Source of the DNA: Patescibacteria group bacterium
GTDB taxonomy: Bacteria; Patescibacteriota; Minisyncoccia; JAHISW01; Tagabacteraceae
Reading direction: 5' to 3'
Length of the DNA: 64,000 nt
Assembly: GCA_042577045.1 (NCBI GenBank)
Contig: JBHPEK010000002.1
Span: forward strand, 389 to 64,388
Every line of letters begins with the position of its first letter. Position 1 is the first letter of the stretch. The position numbers and the translations under genes are program-made. This document shows, piece after piece, positions 56,800-64,000 of the stretch. The notes below the pieces were generated by a model. It was not told where the DNA came from and did not search any database. It worked only from the letters and a program-made list of their open reading frames with translations.

Positions 56800-57066
56800 A
56801 TGATTCGACGCAAAAAGAAAGTCAAGAAAGTAGTCAAGAAAAAGCCAGCCAAGAAAGCACCTGCTAAGAGAAAAGTAGCTAAGAGAAAGGTGGTTAAGAG
56901 AAAAGTAGCCAAGAAAGTACCTGCTAAGAGAAAAGTAGCTAAGAGAAAGGTGGTTAAGAAGAAGGTGGCAAAAAGAAAACCGGCCAAGAAGAAGGTAGTA
57001 AAGAAAAAGCCAGCCAAGAAAGCACCTGCTAAGAGAAAAGTAGTACGCAGAAAAAAGAAGAAATAA
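56800..57066 (+). CDS. Histone H1-like, Lys/Ala-rich basic DNA-binding protein.
   Basis: 88 aa made almost entirely of KKxPAKRKVAKRKVV repeats. The DNA consists of tandem repeats of about 36 nt. Antisense ORFs are artefacts. Confidence 0.6.
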   Translation: MIRRKKKVKKVVKKKPAKKAPAKRKVAKRKVVKRKVAKKVPAKRKVAKRKVVKKKVAKRKPAKKKVVKKKPAKKAPAKRKVVRRKKKK

Positions 57067-57081
57067 TTTCTTTCTTGAACT

Positions 57082-57118
57082 AAACACAACCCCTCTCGCG
57101 AGGGGTTGTGTTTTTTGT
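57082..57118 (+). terminator. Intrinsic terminator.
   Basis: ACACAACCCCTC-GCGA-GAGGGGTTGTGT plus TTTTTT. Confidence 0.7.
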
Positions 57119-57184
57119 TTACACTTAGCTTGCTCGCCTCGCTGATGCTTTATCGAAGCGGGTGGAGGTGTTATACTAAGCGCC

Positions 57185-59623
57185 ATGGGAATACTAACTA
57201 AAATTTTAGGAAACTCTGACGACCAGTTTATAAAAAAAAATCAACTAATAGAAAAAAAAATTAGTGATTTTGAAGATAAGTTTAAAAAACTTTCAGATCA
57301 AGGCCTAAAAAATAAAACATTGGAATTTAAAGACCGCTTACTGAAAGAATCGCTAGACGACATTTTGCCAGAGGCTTTTGCTGTGGTTAGAGAGGCTGCC
57401 AAAAGAACATTGGGGCAATGGGCTTTTGATACTCAGATTTTGGGGGGTATAATTTTGCATCAAGGAAAGATTGTGGAGATGAAAACAGGAGAAGGAAAAA
57501 CACTAACTTCTACATTTCCAATATACTTGAATGCTTTAACTGATAAGGGTGTTCATGTTATTACGGTCAACGATTATCTAACAAGACGTGATGTTGTTTG
57601 GATGGGCCAGATTTACCATGCACTTGGTTTAAGTGTTGGGTGCCTAAGTCATGAATCAACATATCTTTATGACCCAGAACATTCGTTCGACAGCCGTGTG
57701 GACCAAGAGTTAGACAAAGAACGTGATAAGCTAGGGTCTTTTAAAATAATCTATAAATTTTTAAAACCTTGTAGCAGACAAGAGGCTTATCGTGCGGATA
57801 TAACCTATGGTACGAATAATGAATTTGGTTTTGATTATTTACGCGACAGTATGGCTTATCAAAAGGAACAGCTTGTTCAAAGAGCGGGAGATGATGCTTA
57901 TAATTTTGCGATTGTGGATGAAATCGATTCCGTTTTAATTGACGAAGCTAGAACGCCTTTAATTATTTCTGCTCCAGATGAAGACTCGGCGGATCTTTAT
58001 AAGGTTTTTGCGAATGTTGTTCCAAAGCTGGATCAAAATGATTATTCTGTTGACGAAAAACAAAAGGCGGCCTCAATAAATGATGCTGGTATTGAAAAAA
58101 TAGAGAAACTACTAAACATAGGTGATATTTATACAGAGAAAGGAATTAAATATGTTCATCATCTGAATCAAGCATTACGAGCGCGTGCAATTTTTAAGAA
58201 AGATAGAGATTATGTTGTAAAAAATAATGAAATTGTAATAGTGGATGAATTTACCGGCAGAATGATGCCTGGTCGGCGTTGGTCTGAAGGTTTGCATCAA
58301 GCCATTGAAGCAAAAGAAGGTGTTACTATTCAAAAAGAGTCTCGCACCATGGCCAGTATTACATTTCAAAATTATTTTAGAATGTATAAAAAACTTTCTG
58401 GCATGACAGGTACTGCCCTAACTTCCGCAGAAGAATTTCATAAGGTCTATAACTCAGAGGTGGTGGAGCTCCCGACAAATAGACCTTTAATAAGAAAAGA
58501 TCAGGCAGATTTTGTTTTTCCGACAGAACAAGGAAAATTTGAAGCGGTGGTACGGGAAGTAAAAGAAAGGCATCAGAAGGGTCAGCCAGTATTAGTAGGA
58601 ACGGTTTCTATTGAAAAAAACGAATATTTGTCAGCTTTATTGAAAAAGGAAGGCGTTCCTCATCGCCTCTTGAATGCCAAGCACCACGAAGAAGAGGGGG
58701 AAATTATCGCTCAAGCTGGAAAATCTGGAATGGTGACAGTTGCTACAAATATGGCGGGAAGAGGAGTTGACATTGTCCTCGGGGGTGCGCCCGAGAATAA
58801 GGAGCAAAGTAGCCAGGTTAAAGATCTTGGAGGTTTGTTTGTACTTGGTACTGAAAGGCATGAGGCTAGAAGAATAGATAACCAGCTTAGGGGGCGCTCT
58901 GGGCGACAAGGTGATCCAGGAGGAAGTCGGTTCTTTGTTTCCTTGGAAGATGATTTGATGCGCATATTTGGTTCGGAAAAAATTAAAAATATGATGCATA
59001 CCATGGGAGTTCCTGATGACCAACCAATTGAGAATAAACTTGTCGCGCGAGCAATTGAGTCTGCTCAATCTAAAATAGAAGGGATGAATTTTGATGCTCG
59101 TAAACATTTATTAGACTACGATGATGTTATGAATAAGCAACGAGTAAAAATATATACCGTAAGGCGCGAAGTACTTTTTGAAAACGAAAAAGATTTAGAA
59201 AAAAGAATACAAGATGTTTTTGATAAAGAAGGTTTGGATTTACAAAAACTTGAAGACAAGAAAAAAGATTTTGGAGATGACTTTTTCAGAGTTCAAAAAA
59301 ATATCTTTTTACAGGTTATAGATATGCTTTGGGTGGGGCATTTGGAAGAGATGGGTTATATGCGTTCGTCGGTTAGTTTGCGTGCTTATGGAAATCAAGA
59401 TCCGTTGGTTGAATATAAAAACGAAGGACTCAAGATGTTTAAGTCTCTTCAGGATTCTGTTGGTGCCACTTTTGTTAAATTAATATTAAATGTTCAAAAG
59501 AAATTTCCGTCAACGATTCCAGCACCCTCTTTGATTAAAACTTCCGAGGATAAAAAGGTTGGACGTAATGACCAGTGTCCTTGTGGAAGTGGTAAAAAAT
59601 ACAAAAAGTGCCACGGGCAGTAA
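57185..59623 (+). CDS. secA: Preprotein translocase ATPase SecA.
   Basis: DEAD-like motor motifs (GEGKT, DEIDSVLIDEARTPLIIS) and the C-terminal zinc-finger CPCGSGKKYKKCHG. Confidence 0.95.
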   Translation: MGILTKILGNSDDQFIKKNQLIEKKISDFEDKFKKLSDQGLKNKTLEFKDRLLKESLDDILPEAFAVVREAAKRTLGQWAFDTQILGGIILHQGKIVEMKTGEGKTLTSTFPIYLNALTDKGVHVITVNDYLTRRDVVWMGQIYHALGLSVGCLSHESTYLYDPEHSFDSRVDQELDKERDKLGSFKIIYKFLKPCSRQEAYRADITYGTNNEFGFDYLRDSMAYQKEQLVQRAGDDAYNFAIVDEIDSVLIDEARTPLIISAPDEDSADLYKVFANVVPKLDQNDYSVDEKQKAASINDAGIEKIEKLLNIGDIYTEKGIKYVHHLNQALRARAIFKKDRDYVVKNNEIVIVDEFTGRMMPGRRWSEGLHQAIEAKEGVTIQKESRTMASITFQNYFRMYKKLSGMTGTALTSAEEFHKVYNSEVVELPTNRPLIRKDQADFVFPTEQGKFEAVVREVKERHQKGQPVLVGTVSIEKNEYLSALLKKEGVPHRLLNAKHHEEEGEIIAQAGKSGMVTVATNMAGRGVDIVLGGAPENKEQSSQVKDLGGLFVLGTERHEARRIDNQLRGRSGRQGDPGGSRFFVSLEDDLMRIFGSEKIKNMMHTMGVPDDQPIENKLVARAIESAQSKIEGMNFDARKHLLDYDDVMNKQRVKIYTVRREVLFENEKDLEKRIQDVFDKEGLDLQKLEDKKKDFGDDFFRVQKNIFLQVIDMLWVGHLEEMGYMRSSVSLRAYGNQDPLVEYKNEGLKMFKSLQDSVGATFVKLILNVQKKFPSTIPAPSLIKTSEDKKVGRNDQCPCGSGKKYKKCHGQ

Positions 59624-59646
59624 AATATGTTAAAATAGAACCTATA

Positions 59647-60777
59647 ATGATCTCAATAGAAAAAATTATAAAGATACTGGGAGCTGAAGAAGCCACACTT
59701 GTTGATTGTGTCGGCAATGACATTTTAGAGAAGGTTGCCAAAGAAAATGAGGCAAAAATTAAGGAAAAGTTAAATTCTTTGGGGGTTCAAGAAGATATCT
59801 CAGAAATAGAAATTTTTAATGTTTTGCTTGAGAAAGCAGAACAAGACGACAAAAAGTTACTGCAAGAATATCCAGACTTACTTAAGTTGTCACATGAAAT
59901 AGCCAATCTGGGCACAGGATTTTTTATAAAAGAAAATAAGGCTAAAGAGTTTCTTTTAAACATTCCTCCCGAAAACGTGGTTAAATTTTTGGGTTATGCC
60001 GACATTGAAGAAACACTCAAAAATGAAGACTTTTTTGAAGTATTCAGTGCAATGCGCTTTGTGGAGGATGACGAATGGATGAACAAACTTTTCTTCAAAC
60101 AATTTGAAACTTTAACAATAGAAGACTTTGAAGAAAGACCAATTCAAACAATCAAGCTAAGTGATAAGTGGCAAAAAATTGCGCAGCAATTTTTGAAAAA
60201 GAAGTACCACAACATTAGCCATTTGAAAGAGTTGGGCGTTATTTTTATGCTCCCAGCGACGCTAGGAGTGGCAGGAGAGGGGCTTAGAACGTTAAGTTTA
60301 CTACTACACTACCACCACGAAATAGATTTCTATTCTAGGCTTTTTAGAAATTTCTCTCAAACTAGTGACTTTGCAGAAAGAATGATAAGTTCTCTAAGAG
60401 GTGATGTTTTAGACCAAAAACTTGAAGCGGGACAATGGATGATTGTTCAACAATATTTGGCCAAAAAAGATGAGACAGACTGGCGCTTATTTCAACCACA
60501 CATAAATCCAGAGGCTTTGCATTGGAAGAAGGCCGAAGATGGCATAAGCTCTGTTCTTAGTTTTTGGAAAGATTTAGAGTGTGTCGGTAGTGAAGCTTAT
60601 AGTTTTAATTTAGTTGATGTTGTGATGTCTTTGGTTAGAAAAAGAGACGGGACAAAATATTTATACCATCAAAAAGAAGCTCTTTGGAATAAAATATTTT
60701 CTGAACTTATAGGAGAAGAAAAAATGGAAGAATTAATTATTGATAATTTTGAAAAAGGATTCATCAAATTGACCTAG
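59647..60777 (+). CDS. Hypothetical protein.
   Basis: ORF only; no recognised motifs. Alternative start at 59608. Confidence 0.4.
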   Translation: MISIEKIIKILGAEEATLVDCVGNDILEKVAKENEAKIKEKLNSLGVQEDISEIEIFNVLLEKAEQDDKKLLQEYPDLLKLSHEIANLGTGFFIKENKAKEFLLNIPPENVVKFLGYADIEETLKNEDFFEVFSAMRFVEDDEWMNKLFFKQFETLTIEDFEERPIQTIKLSDKWQKIAQQFLKKKYHNISHLKELGVIFMLPATLGVAGEGLRTLSLLLHYHHEIDFYSRLFRNFSQTSDFAERMISSLRGDVLDQKLEAGQWMIVQQYLAKKDETDWRLFQPHINPEALHWKKAEDGISSVLSFWKDLECVGSEAYSFNLVDVVMSLVRKRDGTKYLYHQKEALWNKIFSELIGEEKMEELIIDNFEKGFIKLT

Positions 60778-60806
60778 TTACTAATTAATCTAATTAACCT
60801 AAAACT

Positions 60807-61670
60807 ATGGACAAACTAGACGACATTTTAAAAAGGGCGACAAAAGAGCATTGGTCTACGGGTCATTTTAATATTTCTAATTTAGAACAACTTAAAGCAA
60901 TTATTTCTGCTGCCGAGGAGTTAAGATCCCCTATTATTATTGGTCTTTCGGAAGGAGAGAGAAAATTTTTCGGTATTCGTCAAGCAGTGGAAATGGTAAA
61001 AATTGTCAGAGAAGAAAGCAAATTGCCTGTTTTTTTGAATCCTGACCATTCTAGTTCTGTGGATTTAGCTAAAGAGGCTTTTGATGCTGGTTTTGACTCT
61101 GTTCATATCGATCTTTCAAAACTATCATTAACTGAAAATATAGAAGGCACGAAAGAAGTTGTTGATTATGTAAAATCAAAAAACTCAGATGTTTCTGTGG
61201 AAGGTGAGCTTAGTTACTTGCCAGGTGAATCCAAGATACAGAAAGAAGTCATAGAAATTAAGCCTGAAGACATGACTAAGCCCGAAGAAGCTCAAGAGTT
61301 CGTGTCCAAGACGGGCATAGACAGGTTCGCAGGTGTTTATGGGAATTTGCACGGCATTGCAGCCAACGTGCCTAATTTAGACATAGAAAGGATAAAAGAA
61401 ACAAGAAAACTCTTGTCAGAAAATGTTTCGTTGGTTCTTCATGGGGGTTCGGGTATTGCAGATGAGGAAATGAAACAAGCCATAAACGCTGGCATAGCCA
61501 ACATCCATATAAATACAGATATCCGAATTGCCTTCACTGAAACCTTAAGAAAAGAGCTGGACACTACTGATGAAGTGGCACCTTACAAAATTATGCCCTC
61601 AGCCATAGAAGCAGTTAAAAATAAGGTAAAAGAAAAGTTAGAACTTTTCGGTAGTGTAAATAGGAATTAA
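60807..61670 (+). CDS. Class II fructose-bisphosphate/tagatose-bisphosphate aldolase.
   Basis: HFNISNLEQLKAII, LNPDHSSS, VHIDLS and VLHGGSG. Confidence 0.8.
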   Translation: MDKLDDILKRATKEHWSTGHFNISNLEQLKAIISAAEELRSPIIIGLSEGERKFFGIRQAVEMVKIVREESKLPVFLNPDHSSSVDLAKEAFDAGFDSVHIDLSKLSLTENIEGTKEVVDYVKSKNSDVSVEGELSYLPGESKIQKEVIEIKPEDMTKPEEAQEFVSKTGIDRFAGVYGNLHGIAANVPNLDIERIKETRKLLSENVSLVLHGGSGIADEEMKQAINAGIANIHINTDIRIAFTETLRKELDTTDEVAPYKIMPSAIEAVKNKVKEKLELFGSVNRN

Positions 61671-61691
61671 AATTAAAAAACCAATTTTTTT

Positions 61692-62672
61692 ATGAATGTA
61701 TATGTAACACGCCAGATTCCCGAAGCAGGAATTATTAAATTAAAAGAAGCAGGTTATGAAGTTGACATTAATCCAGACAACAGAGTTTTGTCCAAGGAAG
61801 AGTTAATTACCAACCTTAAGAAGAAATCTTATGATGCAGTTTTGTGTCTTCTTACGGATAGTATAGACGGGGAGGTTTTTTCTTCTGCTCCTCAAGCTAA
61901 AATTTTTGCTAATTATGCTGTTGGGTATAATAATATAAATTTGGTAGATGCTAAGAGCGCTGGGATACATATTAGCAACACTCCCGGTGTTCTCACAGAA
62001 ACAGTTGCTGAACATGCATTCGCACTTCTAATGGCAATCTCTAAGAGGATCACGGAGGCGGATAGGTTTACTCGGGCAGGGGAGTATGAGGGGTGGGCGC
62101 CCATGTTATTCTTGGGCTCAGATTTGAACAAAAAAACTTTGGGAGTTGTTGGTTTGGGTAGGATAGGTGCGCGAGTTGCTCATCATGCCGCCCGAGGTTT
62201 TGATATGAGGGTAATTTATTACGACATAAAACGTAATGAAGAATTTGAAAAAAAATACAGCGCTGAGTTCAGAGAAAATGTTGACGATGTTTTGAGAGAG
62301 TCAGATTTTGTTTCTGTTCATGTACCTCTTCTAGATTCTACAAAGCATTTGATAAACTTCGAGCGTCTGTCTTTAATGAAAGACTCTGCTTATTTAATTA
62401 ACACTTCCCGAGGCCCAGTTGTAGATGAAAAAGCTTTGGTGGAAGTTTTAAAAACCAAAAAGATAAAAGGAGCAGCGTTAGATGTTTTTGAAGAGGAACC
62501 TTTATTGGCTCCGGGACTTGTTGATCTTGAAAATGTTATTCTTACTCCTCACATCGCGTCTGCTACGGAAAGGACACGTTCCAAAATGTCTGAGATAGCA
62601 GCCGATAATATTATTGCTGTCTTGGGGGGAGGTAACCCAATAAACCCTGTTGTGGAATTGTTACACATATAG
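61692..62672 (+). CDS. D-isomer-specific 2-hydroxyacid dehydrogenase (glycerate/phosphoglycerate dehydrogenase-like).
   Basis: LGVVGLGRIGARVA (NAD site), INTSRGPVVDE and ALDVFEEEP. Confidence 0.8.
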   Translation: MNVYVTRQIPEAGIIKLKEAGYEVDINPDNRVLSKEELITNLKKKSYDAVLCLLTDSIDGEVFSSAPQAKIFANYAVGYNNINLVDAKSAGIHISNTPGVLTETVAEHAFALLMAISKRITEADRFTRAGEYEGWAPMLFLGSDLNKKTLGVVGLGRIGARVAHHAARGFDMRVIYYDIKRNEEFEKKYSAEFRENVDDVLRESDFVSVHVPLLDSTKHLINFERLSLMKDSAYLINTSRGPVVDEKALVEVLKTKKIKGAALDVFEEEPLLAPGLVDLENVILTPHIASATERTRSKMSEIAADNIIAVLGGGNPINPVVELLHI

Positions 62673-62766
62673 TTTCACGCCTGTTTTAATGTAGTTGCGG
62701 AATCAATTTCAAAATCTTAACTTGAGGCTGTTGAATAAAGTTTTTAATTTTGCTAATCTCTAAATC

Positions 62767-63471
62767 ATGACTGAAAATAATAAAAAACAAGAAAATAGAG
62801 TGTTAAAGGCTGAAAAAAGAGATATTTTTGGTAAAGCTCTTGTTAGTGCTCGAAATGAAGGGAAACTTCCTGTGGTGGTTTATGGCGCCAAAGAAAAAAA
62901 CACACCACTTTTTGTGAGTTTTGGCGAATTTCAAAAGATTTGGGAGCAAGTAGGTGAATCTACAGTAGTAGATTTAGATGTTGATGGAAAAATTGTTCCA
63001 GTACTTATTTATGATGTTGCCTTGGATCCTGTTTCGGGTAGGTCAGTCCATGTTGATTTTTATGCAGTAGACATGACCAAGAAGATTACCACAAATGTAG
63101 TTGTTGAATTTATTGGTGATGCGCCAGCAGTTAAGCTTGGGGGAACATTGGTGAAAGTTTTTCATGAAATTGAAGTAGAGACCATGCCAAAAAATTTGCC
63201 ATCAGAAATTAAAGTAGATATCTCTAGCTTAGTAACTTTTGAAGATAAAATTCTTATTAAAGATATTAAATTAGGTGAAGGCGTAAAACTGTTGGCTGAT
63301 GAAGAAGATACAGTCGCATTTGTTGAAGAAGCCAAGGAGGAAGAGGAAGAAGAAGCACCAGTAAGCATAGAAAACATTGAAAGGATCGGAGAAAAGGAGA
63401 AGTCTGAAAAAGCCGAATCTGAATCCGAATCCGGAGACGGAGACGGAGATAAAAAAGAAGAGGGAAAATAA
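62767..63471 (+). CDS. rplY: 50S ribosomal protein L25 (general stress protein Ctc form with an acidic C-terminal tail).
   Basis: LKAEKRDIFGK..ARNEGKLPVVVYG and VDFYAVD. Acidic EEEEEE tail. Confidence 0.8.
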   Translation: MTENNKKQENRVLKAEKRDIFGKALVSARNEGKLPVVVYGAKEKNTPLFVSFGEFQKIWEQVGESTVVDLDVDGKIVPVLIYDVALDPVSGRSVHVDFYAVDMTKKITTNVVVEFIGDAPAVKLGGTLVKVFHEIEVETMPKNLPSEIKVDISSLVTFEDKILIKDIKLGEGVKLLADEEDTVAFVEEAKEEEEEEAPVSIENIERIGEKEKSEKAESESESGDGDGDKKEEGK

Positions 63472-63475
63472 TTTA

Positions 63476-64000
63476 ATGACAAAAATTCAAAATTCAAAAA
63501 TTATTCTGTTTCTGCTTCTGACAGGGTTGTTTTGTGGTGCTTATGCTGAAAGCATAGACCCTAATTCGGTTTTAGAAGAGCGAGCCAAGTTGGAAGCAGA
63601 ATTGGCCGATCTTGAAGCACAAATGACTGGATATGAAGACGTAATTAAGGAAAAGCAGAGGGAAGCATCCACTTTTGAAAGAGATATTACCATCTTAGAT
63701 GCTCAAATAAATAAAGCTAAAACTGGCATTCGTGTTCGGGATTTGGCTATTAATAAATTAAGTACTGGAATTGTAGAGCGATCCGGTTTGATTGGGGAAT
63801 TTCAAGAAAAAATTGAGGCTGAAAAAATTTCTCTTTCTGAGCTTTTGCGTCAAGTAAACGAAATGGACTCCACAAGTTTAGTGGAGATACTTTTGGGTTA
63901 CGATAGTTTGTCTGAATTTTTTGAAGATTTTTCTTCTTCTGAATCTGTTCAAAGAGAACTGCAATTTTCTCTGGAAGATATGAGGGGAACACAGAAAAGA
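63476..64000 (+). CDS. N-terminal part of a secreted coiled-coil protein (EnvC/M23-peptidase-activator-like). 3'-partial at the window end.
   Basis: ATG at 63476, signal peptide, long heptad-like coiled coil. Frame is open to base 64000. Confidence 0.45.
   Translation, partial: MTKIQNSKIILFLLLTGLFCGAYAESIDPNSVLEERAKLEAELADLEAQMTGYEDVIKEKQREASTFERDITILDAQINKAKTGIRVRDLAINKLSTGIVERSGLIGEFQEKIEAEKISLSELLRQVNEMDSTSLVEILLGYDSLSEFFEDFSSSESVQRELQFSLEDMRGTQKR

Noticed and set aside
56800-57066. Regular roughly 36-nt DNA repeats, considered as a CRISPR array.
   Set aside because: Repeats are contiguous with no spacers, in frame, and encode a Lys/Ala-rich protein. This is a coding tandem repeat, not CRISPR.
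56721-57186. Two long minus-strand ORFs (122 and 134 aa) with hydrophobic repeats, antisense to the histone-like gene.
   Set aside because: They mirror the tandem 36-nt coding repeats of the plus-strand Lys/Ala-rich gene. Low-complexity artefacts with no independent signals.

Overview
This is a low-GC bacterial window with short intergenic spacers and many overlapping start/stop codons. By inference it comes from a small-genome lineage such as CPR/Patescibacteria. I found no rRNA, tRNA or CRISPR array.

**Glycan locus (about 1.8-51 kb).** Most of the window is one very large cell-envelope glycan biosynthesis locus. Its most unusual property is the number of radical SAM enzymes:
- 5 cobalamin(B12)-binding radical SAM proteins, each with a CxxxCxxC motif.
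- 3 SPASM/twitch-type radical SAM proteins, one of which is translationally coupled to a small Cys-rich protein with a duplicated G-[LI]-C-P-x-A-[FY] motif.
- 4 ArnT/PMT-like membrane glycosyltransferases of the GT-C type (two are close paralogs), 4 GT2 and 2 GT4 glycosyltransferases.
- 3 class I SAM methyltransferases, a sulfotransferase, an AsnB-type amidotransferase and a nitroreductase.
- A small ferredoxin, a Wzx-like flippase, an initiating polyprenyl-phosphate sugar-phosphotransferase, and a Wzy/O-antigen-ligase-like protein with TPR repeats.
- Two paralogous bifunctional proteins, each a cytidylyltransferase-like nucleotidyltransferase followed by a PfkB sugar kinase. This is the reverse of the HldE domain order.
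- A fused pyruvate-dehydrogenase-like E1 alpha/beta TPP enzyme lying between the two bifunctional genes.
- A split transketolase (N and C subunits) followed by a deoxyhypusine-synthase-like protein, a SPASM radical SAM and an aldo/keto reductase.

**Inserted methyltransferase island (15.4-19.8 kb).** The locus is interrupted by a module of four genes, flanked by GC-rich hairpin-dense non-coding regions:
- an unknown 458-aa protein;
- a T4-Dam-like N6-adenine methyltransferase;
- a full-length LexA-like repressor (winged-helix domain plus an S24 peptidase domain retaining the Ser and Lys positions) fused in frame to an E. coli-Dam-like methyltransferase;
- a divergent small Cys-rich protein.

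**Other notable elements.**
- An identical 37-nt intergenic element occurs at 11.34 kb and 22.39 kb.
- A four-helix-bundle gene of the 23S-IVS type is bracketed by 13-bp inverted repeats.
- A Lys/Ala-rich histone-H1-like gene is built from tandem DNA repeats.
- Two surface-type secreted proteins are present, one of them carrying two peptidoglycan-binding repeats.
- There is a VTC-domain / DUF4956 gene pair.

The 3' end carries housekeeping genes: murB, secA, class II fructose-bisphosphate aldolase, a 2-hydroxyacid dehydrogenase, ribosomal protein L25, and the start of a coiled-coil EnvC/M23-like protein. All functional calls rest on motifs I read directly from the translations; no database search was possible.
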